NCBI GenBank assembly: GCA_965237415.1
Contig: CBDEFM010000002.1
Span: forward strand, 960,001 to 1,024,000
Direction of reading: 5' to 3'
Source of the DNA: Alphaproteobacteria bacterium
GTDB taxonomy: Bacteria; Pseudomonadota; Alphaproteobacteria; UBA828
Length of the DNA: 64,000 nt
Program-made: the position numbers and the translations under genes
The notes under the pieces: model-generated
Database searches by the model: none
What the model was told of the DNA's origin: nothing
The model's input: the letters and a program-made list of their open reading frames with translations, nothing else
Shown: positions 19,491 to 29,815 of the stretch, piece after piece
How the letters are laid out: every line of letters begins with the position of its first letter
Position numbering within the stretch: position 1 is the first letter of the stretch

Positions 19491-19806
19491 CCGCATATCT
19501 CACCGGGATCATGGTCCAATTCCCTCTTCCGTCTCGGGCAGAGCAACAAATTTTAAAGCGGGATTCGCCGGGATTAAGTGGGATTAACTGGGATAAGTGG
19601 GATTAGGTGGGATTCCATGGGGCAAAGTCGCGCACGCCCGAGGCGCGCGCGCCTGTAGGTCACGCGTGCGTCACATAGGGTCGTGCGCGCGGAATGGGAT
19701 CGCGCGCGCCCGCCCCTGATCCCGCCCGCGGCGGTCCGCTCGCACACGCTCTTCATCGCGTGATCCTGACGCAGAAGGGGCGCGCCCTGCATCGCACCAT
19801 GGTCCG
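19491..19806. repeat. Dispersed intergenic element, copy 1, with six GGGAT-initiated 9-10 bp tandem units (19560-19618)
   Basis: Colinear similarity to 56368-56611, including an exact shared 16-mer ATCGCACCATGGTCCG. Confidence 0.8.
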
Positions 19807-19851
19807 GGGAATCGGGAATGGAGCGGCCCGGGCCGTCGTGAGAAGACGGGG

Positions 19852-20612
19852 CTAGAGGCTGCCGTCGATCAGCGCCCGGCCGAAGAAATCGACGACGCGC
19901 AGGTAATGCGTGTTCTGGGCTTCGGGTAGCAACACGTGACCCTCGCCCTTGTAGATGTGGACTTCCGGCCTACGCCCGGCAGCGCGCAGCCGCTTCGCAA
20001 GGCGCTGCGTGCGGTCGGCACCCCAAACGGCATCCTGCTCGCCGTGGCTGATGAACAAGGGGCCGTCGTACCGCGCTCGATCTCGATCTGTGAGCCAGGT
20101 GCGAGCGCGTCGGACTCGCCGCGCCAGCGCCATGCGCGTTCGGTCGGCTTCAGCGGCAAGAGGATGCCCGTTCGGACTTTTCTGGCACTGAACGCCCCGA
20201 CAATGGTGTCGGATGGGGCGTGGACGGCGGCGGCATCCGGCAGCCCGATACTGCCATCGCGAGCCATGAGGCTGGTGACGAGAAGGGCGTGTTCGGCGCC
20301 TCTCGACGTCCCGTACAAACCGACCTGTCCGCTCGTGATGCCGCTCTCCCGCATCCAGATCAGCATGGATTCGGTTTGGTCGAGATCGACGTCGAGAATG
20401 TCGCCCGCGTGCCAGGCGTCCCCACCGCGACTGTACCCCGGCGCGATGGTGCAAAACCCGCTGCCGGCCATGAGAAGGGCTACCCACTGGGACCAGCCGG
20501 CGCGACTTCCCTCGCTGCCGTGAAGAACAACGATACCCGGACATATGGCGCCGATCGGGACATATAGTTGATGCCCCCTCGGACCCTGCTCAATTTCAAT
20601 GTCGAATGCCAC
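19852..20612 (-). pseudogene. Alpha/beta hydrolase (acyl-CoA thioesterase/BAAT- or dienelactone hydrolase-like), frameshifted near 20073
   Basis: LHGSEG and the nucleophile motif GTSRG are in one frame (19869..20612); YDGPLFISHGEQD and YKGEGH (catalytic Asp/His) are in another (19852..). The junction ATCGAGCGCGGTACGAC has 2 extra nt. Confidence 0.8.
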
Positions 20613-20890
20613 GCGGGGTGCTATTCAAGAGAACCGAGCCATCACCGTTCGAGTTCGACGATAGCCCTAACACAGTTGGTTTACCATCGAATGCCGGCGA
20701 TTTCCGTCGTGGCGGAGGCGGCCAGCCGAACGGCGCTGATGACGCCTGCCTCCCGCCGCTCGTTGGAGCGCGACGATCTCCCGCTCGCCGTCGAGCTCGA
20801 CAGATACCTTATCGAGACGATGTCGGCGAATCGGGCGGAGCCATCATCAAGCAACGCCTGAAACCCGTCGGTCCGCCGGCGCGTCGCCCC

Positions 20891-22519
20891 TCAGTTCGTC
20901 GGAAGTTCGTGATCCCGAAACATCTCGCGCAGGCGCGATTTCTGCACCTTGCCGGTGGCGGTCAGCGGCAGCTCGTCGACCAGCACCACGTCGTCGGGCA
21001 GCCACCACTTCGCCACCTTGCCGGCGAGATAGGCGTTAATAGTGTCCCGATCCGGGCTGCGGCCGTCGCGCGGCACGACGACCATGAGCGGCCGCTCCTC
21101 CCACTTCGGATGGAAAACGCCGATGACGGCCGCCTGCTTCACGTCCGGGTGCCCCATCGCCGCGTTCTCGAGATCGATCGAGCTGATCCACTCGCCGCCC
21201 GACTTGATCACGTCCTTGTTGCGGTCGGTGATGCGCATGAAGCCGTGCTCATCGAGAGTGGCGACATCGCCGGTGGGGAACCAGCCGTCCTCGTCGAGCC
21301 GGTCGCCGCCCTCGCCCTTGAAGTAGCCGCTGGCCGCCCAGTTGCCGCGCACCCACATGTCGCCAAATGTCTTGCCGTCACGCGGGACACTCCCGCCGTC
21401 CTCGCCTGTGATCTTGAGTTCGAGGCCGAACTGCACGCGGCCCTGCTGGCTGAGCACCGCCTGCCGCTCTTCGGCGGAGAGCGCGTCGATGGCGGGTGTC
21501 GCCGTCGCCAAGGTGCCGAGCGGCGAGGTCTCGGTCATGCCCCAGAGCTGGTGCACCGTCACCCCGTAGGGATCGGCCAGCCGCTCGATCATCGAGCGCG
21601 GCACCGCCGAGCCGCCGATGGCGACCCGCTCCAGGCTGTCCACCTTCTTGCCGGTCTCGTCGAGATGGTCGATCAGCATGGTGAACACAGTGGGCACGCC
21701 GAGCGCGAAGGTCACTCCCTCGCCTTCGATCAGCTCCTGCAGGCTCTGCCCGTCCAGCTTCGTGCCGGGGAGCACCATGCCTGAGCCGGTGAGGCAGCCG
21801 AGATAGGGCAGCGACCAGGCGTTGCCGTGATACATCGGCGCGATCGGCATGATCACGTCGTGCGCCGAGATGCCCATGGCGCTGTTCTGGCAGGCGGCCA
21901 TGGCGTGCAGCAGGGTCGAGCGGTGGCTGTAGAGCACGCCCTTGGGATTGCCCGTCGTGCCCGAGGTGTAGCAGAGCGACGACGCGGCGCGCTCGTCGAA
22001 GAGAGGCCACGCATAGTCCTCGCTCTCGCCCGCCAACAGTGTCTCGTAGCAGAGGACGTTGGGCTGCGCGCTCGCGGGCATGTGCTCTTCGTCGGTCATC
22101 ACGATCACATGCTCGACCGTGGTCAGCTGATCTGCGATCCGCTCCACCAGCTCGACGAAGGTGAGGTCGACGAACAGCACCCGGTCCTCGGCGTGGTTGA
22201 TGATGTAGACGATCTGCTCAGTGAAGAGCCGGGGGTTCACGGTGTGCAGCACGGCGCCCATGCCCGAGACGCCGTAAAAAAGTTCCAGGTGGCGGTAGCC
22301 GTTCCAGGCGAGCGTGCCGACCCGGTCGCCGTGCCCGATGCCGAGCCGTGCCATGACGTTGGCGACGCGCCTCGCCCGGCGCTCGCATTCGGCGTAGCCG
22401 TAGCGGTGAATCGGCCCCTCGACGGTGCGCGAGACCACTTGGCGGTCGCCGTGATACTCCGCCGCATAGCGGATCAGCGACGAGATCATCAACGGGATCT
22501 CCTGCATCAGACCCTGCAT
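20891..22519 (-). CDS. Acyl-CoA ligase, DmdB (3-methylmercaptopropionyl-CoA ligase)/AlkK-like
   Basis: [26 protein letters not shown] and [10 protein letters not shown]; the N-terminus [16 protein letters not shown] is typical of this subfamily. Confidence 0.88.
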   Translation of the reverse strand: MQGLMQEIPLMISSLIRYAAEYHGDRQVVSRTVEGPIHRYGYAECERRARRVANVMARLGIGHGDRVGTLAWNGYRHLELFYGVSGMGAVLHTVNPRLFTEQIVYIINHAEDRVLFVDLTFVELVERIADQLTTVEHVIVMTDEEHMPASAQPNVLCYETLLAGESEDYAWPLFDERAASSLCYTSGTTGNPKGVLYSHRSTLLHAMAACQNSAMGISAHDVIMPIAPMYHGNAWSLPYLGCLTGSGMVLPGTKLDGQSLQELIEGEGVTFALGVPTVFTMLIDHLDETGKKVDSLERVAIGGSAVPRSMIERLADPYGVTVHQLWGMTETSPLGTLATATPAIDALSAEERQAVLSQQGRVQFGLELKITGEDGGSVPRDGKTFGDMWVRGNWAASGYFKGEGGDRLDEDGWFPTGDVATLDEHGFMRITDRNKDVIKSGGEWISSIDLENAAMGHPDVKQAAVIGVFHPKWEERPLMVVVPRDGRSPDRDTINAYLAGKVAKWWLPDDVVLVDELPLTATGKVQKSRLREMFRDHELPTN

Positions 22520-22684
22520 GGCTCCTCCTCTCACTCGGTCGGCCGGGGCCGCGCCCCTGCGCCATTATCGGCCGCCGCGGCGCCGGTCGAAAGACTTTCG
22601 CGTCTGCGGCTGATATTCTCGCCAAGCGCGCTGGACGCGGCATTCGTCCTGGCTGCGGTGTGAGAGACCGGGGAGGAGAGGATC

Positions 22685-23452
22685 GTGAGACTGGAGGGAA
22701 AGACTGCGCTTGTCACTGGGGGTTCCTCAGGCATCGGCGAGGCGATCGCGCTGAGATTCGCCGCCGAGGGAGCGCGGATCGCCGTCGCCGGCTCCTCGAG
22801 TCTGGCCAAGGCTCAGGGCGTTGTGGACAAAATCGAAGCGGCGGGCGGAGCGGCCCAGGCCTTTGTCGCCGACGTGCGCGATGTGAACGCGGTCAAGTCA
22901 TTGGTTGCCGACGTGAAGGCGGCCTTCGGGCGCATCGACATCCTGGTCAACTCGGCCGGCATCTTCGAGCCCAATTTCATCGGCGAGACGACCGAGAGCC
23001 AGTACGACGAGATGATGGACATCAACGTCAAGGGCTCCTTCTTCACCATCAACGAGGTCGCGCCCATCATGATCGAGCAGGGCGGCGGCAAGATCGTCAA
23101 CCTCTCGTCGGTGACGGGGATCATGGGGTTCAAGACCTTCTCCGTCTATTGCGCGACGAAGGCGGCGATCAACCTTCTCACCCGCTCGCTGGCGCTGGAG
23201 CTCAGCCCCCACAACATCGCGGTGAACGCGATCCTTCCCGGCAACACGGCGACGCCGATGAACGAGAAGATTCGCACCGAGCCGCAGTTCAAGGAGATGC
23301 TGGAGGGCATGAGCGCGGTGACGCCAAGCACGCGGACCTATTCGGATGCCGACGACATGGCCTCTGCCGCGCTCTTCCTCTGCTCCGAGGACGGCCGTGC
23401 CGCCCACGGTTCGCTCATGCTGCTCGACGAGGGCATCTCCTGCGGCGTCTGA
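22685..23452 (+). CDS. Short-chain dehydrogenase/reductase
   Basis: TGGSSGIG, VNSAG and YCATK. Confidence 0.93.
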   Translation: MRLEGKTALVTGGSSGIGEAIALRFAAEGARIAVAGSSSLAKAQGVVDKIEAAGGAAQAFVADVRDVNAVKSLVADVKAAFGRIDILVNSAGIFEPNFIGETTESQYDEMMDINVKGSFFTINEVAPIMIEQGGGKIVNLSSVTGIMGFKTFSVYCATKAAINLLTRSLALELSPHNIAVNAILPGNTATPMNEKIRTEPQFKEMLEGMSAVTPSTRTYSDADDMASAALFLCSEDGRAAHGSLMLLDEGISCGV

Positions 23453-23462
23453 GCGCCCGGCC

Positions 23463-24071
23463 GTGAATGCGCCTGCGGAGGAAGCCGTTCCGGCGGGCAA
23501 GCTGCGCTCGGTGGTGACTCATCTCGCGATGGAGGCGCTGCCGACGCAGGCGCTCCCTCCCCCGCCGGCGCCCGGCATGGCCATCGCCCGCCGGCAAGCC
23601 ATGTCGGCCGCCGATTACCTGCGTCTCTACCACGCGATCGGCGATGACTGGCTCTGGTGGAGCCGGTTGACGATGGACGAGCCCACGCTCACCGTCCATC
23701 TCGCGGAGGACGAGATGGAGGTCTATGTGGCGGAGGCCGACGGCGAAGAGATCGGCCTCATCGAGCTGAACCTACGGACATCGCCGGATATCGAGCTGCG
23801 TTACCTGGGCGTCATTCCCTCCCGGATCGGCACCGGGCTCGGCGGCTGGCTGCTCGCCTATGCGATCGCCGCCGCCTCGCGCCACCGGCCGCGCCGTATG
23901 ATCCTCAACACCTGCTCCCTGGATCACCCCGGTACCCTCGCCTTCTACCAGCGACACGGCTTCGCCATCACGCATAGCGAAGTCGAGATCGTCGACGACC
24001 CCAGGCTCGTCGGTCTCCTGCCCCGCGATGCGGCACCCCATGTTCCCTTGGCACGCCCAGCCGATGGCTGA
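23463..24071 (+). CDS. GNAT family N-acetyltransferase
   Basis: YLGVIPSRIGTGLGGWLL and LNTCSLDHPGTLAFYQRHGF. GTG start at 23463 inferred. Confidence 0.85.
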   Translation: MNAPAEEAVPAGKLRSVVTHLAMEALPTQALPPPPAPGMAIARRQAMSAADYLRLYHAIGDDWLWWSRLTMDEPTLTVHLAEDEMEVYVAEADGEEIGLIELNLRTSPDIELRYLGVIPSRIGTGLGGWLLAYAIAAASRHRPRRMILNTCSLDHPGTLAFYQRHGFAITHSEVEIVDDPRLVGLLPRDAAPHVPLARPADG

Positions 24072-24126
24072 TTGGGCGTCTGAGCGCCGCTTGTCGCCCA
24101 CAGCCTCCACTCGCTAGATTGGGCCT

Positions 24127-24918
24127 ATGACTGACACGAAAAGCGACGCGGCCGCACAGGCCATCTGGAAGGCCTGGAGCGGCCATCACCTGATCGACGG
24201 CCTGCCCGAGGCGTGCCGCCCAAGCACGACCGCCGAGGGCTACGCGGTGCAGGAGGCGCTCGCGCGCCTCGCCGGCGCGCAGCCGGTCGGCTGGAAGATC
24301 GCGGCCACGAGCGCGGCGGGCCAGAAGCATATCGGCGTGGACGGCCCCCTCGCCGGGCGCCTGTGGGAGAGCAAGCTCCACCAGAGCGGCACGAAGCTTC
24401 CGGCCGGCCACCTCCACATGGCGGTGGTCGAGGCGGAGTTCGCGTTCCGCTTAGGCCGGGACCTCCCTGGCGGCAACGGCGACTACTCTGTGGAGGCGGT
24501 GATGGATGCAGTGGCGGCGCTCCATCCGGCCATCGAGATTCCGGATTCGCGCTTCAGCGACTTCACGGTCGTGGGCGCCGCCCAGCTCATCGCCGACAAC
24601 GGCTGTACCGAATACTGCGTGCTCGGGCCGGAGGCGCCGGCAGGCTGGCGCGACATCGACCTCGCCGCCCATCCGGTCGTCGTCTCCATCGATGGCGAGG
24701 AGGCCGTCACCGGCAAGGGCGCGAACGCCCTCGGCGACCCGCGCATCGCGCTCACCTGGCTCGCGAACGACCGTGTCCGCCACGGTGTGCCGCTCGCAGC
24801 CGGCGACGTCATCATCACCGGCACCTGCATCGTGCCGGCGCCGATTGCGCACAAGAAGCACGTGCGCGCCGACTTCGGGGCGCTCGGATCGGTCGAGGTG
24901 GCGCTGGCTTCGTTCTAG
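24127..24918 (+). CDS. 2-keto-4-pentenoate hydratase-like protein (FAH superfamily)
   Basis: GWKIAATS, VEAEFAF, AIEIPDSRF, IADN and GDVIITGT. Confidence 0.88.
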   Translation: MTDTKSDAAAQAIWKAWSGHHLIDGLPEACRPSTTAEGYAVQEALARLAGAQPVGWKIAATSAAGQKHIGVDGPLAGRLWESKLHQSGTKLPAGHLHMAVVEAEFAFRLGRDLPGGNGDYSVEAVMDAVAALHPAIEIPDSRFSDFTVVGAAQLIADNGCTEYCVLGPEAPAGWRDIDLAAHPVVVSIDGEEAVTGKGANALGDPRIALTWLANDRVRHGVPLAAGDVIITGTCIVPAPIAHKKHVRADFGALGSVEVALASF

Positions 24919-25162
24919 CCGGGGTCCGTTCCAGCGGGCGCAGGCCGGCGGGCGCCGACGAGCCAGCCGAACAAGAGCGTCGCCAAGGCGCGATCGTCGG
25001 TCATGCTCATGCTTCGATTGTTCCCGAATTACCGAAATACACTTGTGACGCCTTTGTTGCGATTGCGTGACACCCCTTCCTCTTGCGCGTTCAGGACACC
25101 CGGTTTGACCCCCGCCCGCGGCGGTGAATAATCGGCGACGATCCAACCGGCAGGAGCACGCG

Positions 25163-27202
25163 GTGGGCCGACTGGCGACCGATATCGGCGGGACCTTTAC
25201 CGACCTCGTCTACTTCGATGAGGAGACCGGCGCGCTCAGCGTCGCCAAGGCTCTCAGCACGCCGGACGATCTCACGCGGGGCGTGCTGGATACCATCGAC
25301 CAGGCCGGGCTCGATGCGGGCGCCGTGGACTACTTCGTCCATGGCGGCACGACGGTGATCAACGCGATCACCGAGCGGACAGGCGCGAAGACCGCGTTGG
25401 TCACCACCGAGGGCTTTCGGGATGTGCTGGAGATCGCGCGCGGCAACCGCCCCGATCTCTACAATCTGCGCTACCGCAAGGAAGTCCCCTTCGTGCCGCG
25501 CCGGCTGCGCTTCGAGGTGCGCGAGCGGGTCGACGCCAAGGGCCGGGTCCGCGTGCCGCTGCATCTCGAAGACCTGGACCGCGTGATCGAGGTGTGCAGG
25601 GCCGAGGCGGTGGAGGCCATCGCCATCCAGTTCCTCCACTCCTACGCCGCGCCCGAACACGAGGAGAAAACCGCGGCCTATCTGCGGCAGCGACTCAATG
25701 GCGTCGCAGTCACCGCCTCCCACGAGATCACGCGCGAGTGGCGCGAGTACGAGCGTGCGAACACGGCCGTGCTCAACGCCTACGTGCAGCCCATCGTGCA
25801 ACGCTACTTCGACACGCTGGAGGCCGGCCTCGACGCCCTCTCCCTCGACTGCCCGATGATGGCGATGCAGTCGAACGGCGGGACCACGAGCTTCGGCTGG
25901 GCCAGGGAGCACCCGATCACGCTGCTGGAATCGGGCCCGGCGGCGGGCGTCAACGGTGCCGCCCTGATCGGGCGCCTCTGCAACGAGCCCAATGTGATCT
26001 ATCTCGACATCGGCGGCACGACAGCCAAGTGCTCCACCATCGAGGACGGCGAGCCCAAGATCACCACCGACTACCGGCTCGAAGCGACGCGCATCCGCTA
26101 CGGCTATCCGGTGCGGGTCCCGGTAATCGACATCGTTGAGATCGGCGCGGGCGGCGGCTCGATCGCCTGGTTCGACGAGGGCGGCACGCTCTGCGTGGGC
26201 CCCCGCAGCGCCGGTGCCGATCCCGGCCCCGCGTGCTATGGACGCGGCGGCAGCGAGCCCACCGTGACCGACGCCAAGCTCATCACCGGCGTGCTGAATC
26301 CTGCGAACTTCGCGGGTGGGCGGCTCTTGCTCGACATCGACCGCGCCCGCACCGCCATGGGCAAGGTCGCCGATGGCCTTGGCTGCAGCGTCGACGAAGC
26401 GGCGGTCGCCGTGATTCGCCTGGTCGATGCCAACATGATCAACGCGCTCAAGCTGGTGTCGATCCAGCGGGGCCACGACCCGCGCGACTTCGCGTTGATG
26501 GTGGGCGGCGGCGGCGGCGCCATGCACGGCGCGAGCCTCGGCCGCGAGCTCGGCGTGAAGGAGATCGCCGTGCCGCGCTTCCCCGGCCTCTTTTCGGCCT
26601 GGGGAATGCTGGCGACCGCGCCCCGCCGGGACTTCATGCGCACAGCGCTACAGCGCGCCGAGTCTCTCGAAATCGCTGACGTGCGCACCCTCTTCGCCGA
26701 GCTGCGCGAGGAGGCGGAACGCTATTTCCACTCGGAAGGCGGGCACGATACGTTCACCAGCGCCTGCCACATCGACATGCGCTATGCCGGTCAGGAGCAC
26801 GCGGTGACGGTGCCGATCGACCTCGACCGGACGACCCGCGACTCGCTCCTCGACTCATTCCACGCTGCGCACGAGCGCGCCTACACCTTCCGCCTCGCGG
26901 ACACGCCGGTCGAGCTTGTCACCTTCCGCCTCACCGCCACCGCCGACGTCGCCCGGCCGGAGCTTACGCCTTGGGCTGCGGAGGGCCGCTCCGCCCAAGC
27001 GGCGGCGCGCGGTATACGCTCGGTCGATTTCGGCGAGGAAGGCCGTCACGAGACCCGTGTCTACGACCGCGATCTGCTGCCGCCGGGATTCGAGGCGGAC
27101 GGTCCGGTCATCGTCGAGGAGCCGTCATCGACGACGCTGGTGTGCCCCGGCCAGCGCGTGCGGGTCGACGATCTGGGGTTTCTCAGGATTACCGAGACGT
27201 GA
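25163..27202 (+). CDS. Hydantoinase/oxoprolinase subunit A (HyuA-like)
   Basis: DIGGTFTD, ESGPAAG, IGAGGGSIA and GPACYGRGG. GTG start follows AGGAG. Confidence 0.92.
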   Translation: MGRLATDIGGTFTDLVYFDEETGALSVAKALSTPDDLTRGVLDTIDQAGLDAGAVDYFVHGGTTVINAITERTGAKTALVTTEGFRDVLEIARGNRPDLYNLRYRKEVPFVPRRLRFEVRERVDAKGRVRVPLHLEDLDRVIEVCRAEAVEAIAIQFLHSYAAPEHEEKTAAYLRQRLNGVAVTASHEITREWREYERANTAVLNAYVQPIVQRYFDTLEAGLDALSLDCPMMAMQSNGGTTSFGWAREHPITLLESGPAAGVNGAALIGRLCNEPNVIYLDIGGTTAKCSTIEDGEPKITTDYRLEATRIRYGYPVRVPVIDIVEIGAGGGSIAWFDEGGTLCVGPRSAGADPGPACYGRGGSEPTVTDAKLITGVLNPANFAGGRLLLDIDRARTAMGKVADGLGCSVDEAAVAVIRLVDANMINALKLVSIQRGHDPRDFALMVGGGGGAMHGASLGRELGVKEIAVPRFPGLFSAWGMLATAPRRDFMRTALQRAESLEIADVRTLFAELREEAERYFHSEGGHDTFTSACHIDMRYAGQEHAVTVPIDLDRTTRDSLLDSFHAAHERAYTFRLADTPVELVTFRLTATADVARPELTPWAAEGRSAQAAARGIRSVDFGEEGRHETRVYDRDLLPPGFEADGPVIVEEPSSTTLVCPGQRVRVDDLGFLRITET

Positions 27203-27227
27203 ACCGTCAGTGACCGACCCTGCCGGC

Positions 27228-28223
27228 ATGCGGGCCATGGTTTATCGCGGCGGCGGCCGTCCGCTCGCCATGGAGGAGAGGCCTGTTCCCGAGCCCGGCG
27301 CGGGCGAAGTTCTGGTCCGGGTTTCGGCCTGCGGTGTCTGCCGCACCGATCTCCACGTGGTGGACGGCGACCTCACCGAGCCCCGGCTTCCGGTCGTGCC
27401 GGGGCACGAGGTGGTGGGACGCATCGCGGCCCTCGGCGCCGGCGTCGAGCGGTTCCGCGAGGGCGAGCGCGTCGGCATCCCCTGGCTCGGCTGGACCTGC
27501 GGCACCTGCCGCTATTGTCGGAGCGGGCGGGAGAACCTGTGCCCGGACGCGCTCTTCACCGGCTACACGCGGGACGGCGGCTATGGCGACTACTGCATCG
27601 CCGACGAGCGCTACTGCCTGCCCGTGGGCGGCGACCGGAGCGATGCCGAGGCGGCACCGCTGCTCTGCGCCGGGCTCATCGGATACCGCGCGCTCTCGAT
27701 GGCGGGCAATGGCGAGCGCCTCGGCCTCTACGGCTTCGGCGCGGCGGCCCACATCATCGCCCAGGTCGCGCGCACCCAAGGCCGGCGGGTGTTCGCCTTC
27801 GTCCGGCCGGGCGACCGGGCGGCGATCGACTTTGCGCTCGGCCTCGGAGCCGAATGGGCCGGATCGTCTGACGAGGCGCCGCCGGAAGAACTCGACGCGG
27901 CGCTCCTGTTCGCGCCGGTCGGTGCCCTCGTGCCGGCAGCGCTCCGCGCGATCGCGCCCGGCGGCACCGTGGTCTGCGCCGGCATTCACATGAGCGACAT
28001 TCCCGCCTTCCCCTACGAGCTTCTCTGGCGGGAGCGAAGCATCGTCTCGGTCGCCAATCTCACGCGGCGCGACGGCGAAGAGTTCTTGGAACTCGCCGCG
28101 CGGACGGCGATCGAGATGCACGTCGAGCCCATGCCGCTTGCCGAGGCCAACACCGCCCTCGACCGCCTGCGCTCGGGCTGCCTCCAGGGCGCTGCCGTGC
28201 TCACGATGGACGAGCGCGTCTGA
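27228..28223 (+). CDS. Zinc-dependent alcohol dehydrogenase family protein
   Basis: CGVCRTDLH, GHEVVG, CGTCRYC...ENLC and GLYGFGAAAH. Confidence 0.92.
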   Translation: MRAMVYRGGGRPLAMEERPVPEPGAGEVLVRVSACGVCRTDLHVVDGDLTEPRLPVVPGHEVVGRIAALGAGVERFREGERVGIPWLGWTCGTCRYCRSGRENLCPDALFTGYTRDGGYGDYCIADERYCLPVGGDRSDAEAAPLLCAGLIGYRALSMAGNGERLGLYGFGAAAHIIAQVARTQGRRVFAFVRPGDRAAIDFALGLGAEWAGSSDEAPPEELDAALLFAPVGALVPAALRAIAPGGTVVCAGIHMSDIPAFPYELLWRERSIVSVANLTRRDGEEFLELAARTAIEMHVEPMPLAEANTALDRLRSGCLQGAAVLTMDERV

Positions 28224-28226
28224 AAC

Positions 28227-29102
28227 TCAGAGAGCGACCCCCATTTGGGCCATTACCGCCCGCGCGAGGTCGCTCTCAGGGTCGCGCAGCTGATCGGCCA
28301 TGGTGAAGTGATTGAAGCCGGGGAGCTCCAGCCGGCTGAGCGGATAACCCAACGCCTCCCACACCGCGGCCATGGCATCGGCCTGGCGCTCATATTCGTC
28401 GGACTCAATGTCGCCCGAGACCAGCATCAGCGGCGCAGCCACCGGGTAGCGCTGTGCAACGGGGCTGTTCCGCCGCGCTTCCGCCTCGTCCATGCCGACC
28501 TTGTCGTTGAGGTAGCAGAGCCGAATGGGCTCCAGGTCGTAGATACCCGAGATCGAAACCGCGCTCTTGACGAGGTCGGCAGGCAAGTCGGCACCGAAGC
28601 CCGGCCAGTCGGTCGCCAGCAGCATGGCAACGAGATGCCCGCCCGCCGACTGGCCGAGCGCGTGGATGCGGGCGGGATCGCCGCCGAAGGATGCGGCATT
28701 GCGCCAGACCCAGGCGGCAGCGGCGCGGTTCTGGCGCACGATCTCGTCCATCCGGTAGTCGGGGGCAAGGCCGTAATTGATGACGACGGTCGCCACCCCG
28801 TGAGGCCGGCAGCCTTCCGCCACGAAACTGTCGTGATGCTTGTCGAGCGAATACCAGTAGCCGCCGTGGATCATGATCAGGATCGGCGCTCCGGGATGCT
28901 CCGCCGGGAAGATGTCCAGCGTCTCGACGGGAAGATCGCCGTAGGGGACGTCCCGCGCGCCCGGCAGCGCTGCGCGGGTCTGCGCGCTCCAGGCCAGCCA
29001 GCGGTCGAAATAGTCGACATACTCGGGGATCCTCGCCCGGTTGTTGTACTGCGCGTCGAGCGCCGCCCGATCGTAGCCCCGATAGATCGCCTCTCCGCTC
29101 AT
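28227..29102 (-). CDS. Alpha/beta hydrolase, kynurenine formamidase/arylformamidase-like
   Basis: LDAQYNNR, IHGGYW, GQSAGGHL, SGIYDLEP and NHF. Confidence 0.85.
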   Translation of the reverse strand: MSGEAIYRGYDRAALDAQYNNRARIPEYVDYFDRWLAWSAQTRAALPGARDVPYGDLPVETLDIFPAEHPGAPILIMIHGGYWYSLDKHHDSFVAEGCRPHGVATVVINYGLAPDYRMDEIVRQNRAAAAWVWRNAASFGGDPARIHALGQSAGGHLVAMLLATDWPGFGADLPADLVKSAVSISGIYDLEPIRLCYLNDKVGMDEAEARRNSPVAQRYPVAAPLMLVSGDIESDEYERQADAMAAVWEALGYPLSRLELPGFNHFTMADQLRDPESDLARAVMAQMGVAL

Positions 29103-29220
29103 GCCGCCCTCCTGCCATCCGCGGGCACGGAGTGTACCCGGTTGGCGGCGAGGCCATCGACCGCGGCGGAGTGCCGCACTACATTAGGGACCACGAGAGT
29201 CGAGCGATTGGAGCGCGCCC

Positions 29221-29793
29221 ATGCAGCGCATAATCCGCACCGCGATCGCAGGCGCGGCCACCGTAGCGTTCGCCATCTTCCTTTGGACCGGGCTTCCCAC
29301 CGCGTGGGCCGCGGCCATCGGCGGCTCCTTCGAGCTGATCGACCACACCGGGCAGACGGTCACCGAGGAAAGCTTCGACGACCGCTATCTGCTGGTCTAT
29401 TTCGGCTACGCCTACTGCCCTGACATCTGCCCGACGGAACTGCTCATCATGGGCCAAGCCGTGGACGAACTCGGCGACCTCAGCGACGAGGTTCAGCCGC
29501 TCTTCGTCACGGTCGACCCGGCACGCGATACTGTGGCGGCGCTTGCCGAGTATGTGCCCGCGCTCCATCCCCGCCTGGTTGGCCTCACCGGAAGCGAAGA
29601 GCAGATCCACGACGCAGCCAAGGCCTACCGCGTGTATTTCCGGCTCAACGAGCCGGATGAAGACGGCGCCTATCTGGTCGACCACACGTCCTACATCTAT
29701 TTCATGGACCCGGACGGCGACTACTTGACCCACTTCGTCTTCGGCCAGGGGCCTGAGAAGATGGCAGAGGTCATGCGCAAGCACCTGGACTGA
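29221..29793 (+). CDS. SCO1/SenC copper chaperone
   Basis: FGYAYCPDICP, VDPARDT and YLVDH, with an N-terminal membrane anchor. Confidence 0.93.
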   Translation: MQRIIRTAIAGAATVAFAIFLWTGLPTAWAAAIGGSFELIDHTGQTVTEESFDDRYLLVYFGYAYCPDICPTELLIMGQAVDELGDLSDEVQPLFVTVDPARDTVAALAEYVPALHPRLVGLTGSEEQIHDAAKAYRVYFRLNEPDEDGAYLVDHTSYIYFMDPDGDYLTHFVFGQGPEKMAEVMRKHLD

Positions 29794-29815
29794 GCGGGCA
29801 GAGCTAGGCGGGCGA

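Noticed and set aside
19560-19618. GGGATT repeats as a CRISPR array
   Set aside because: The units are 9-10 bp and contiguous, with no unique spacers and no cas genes.
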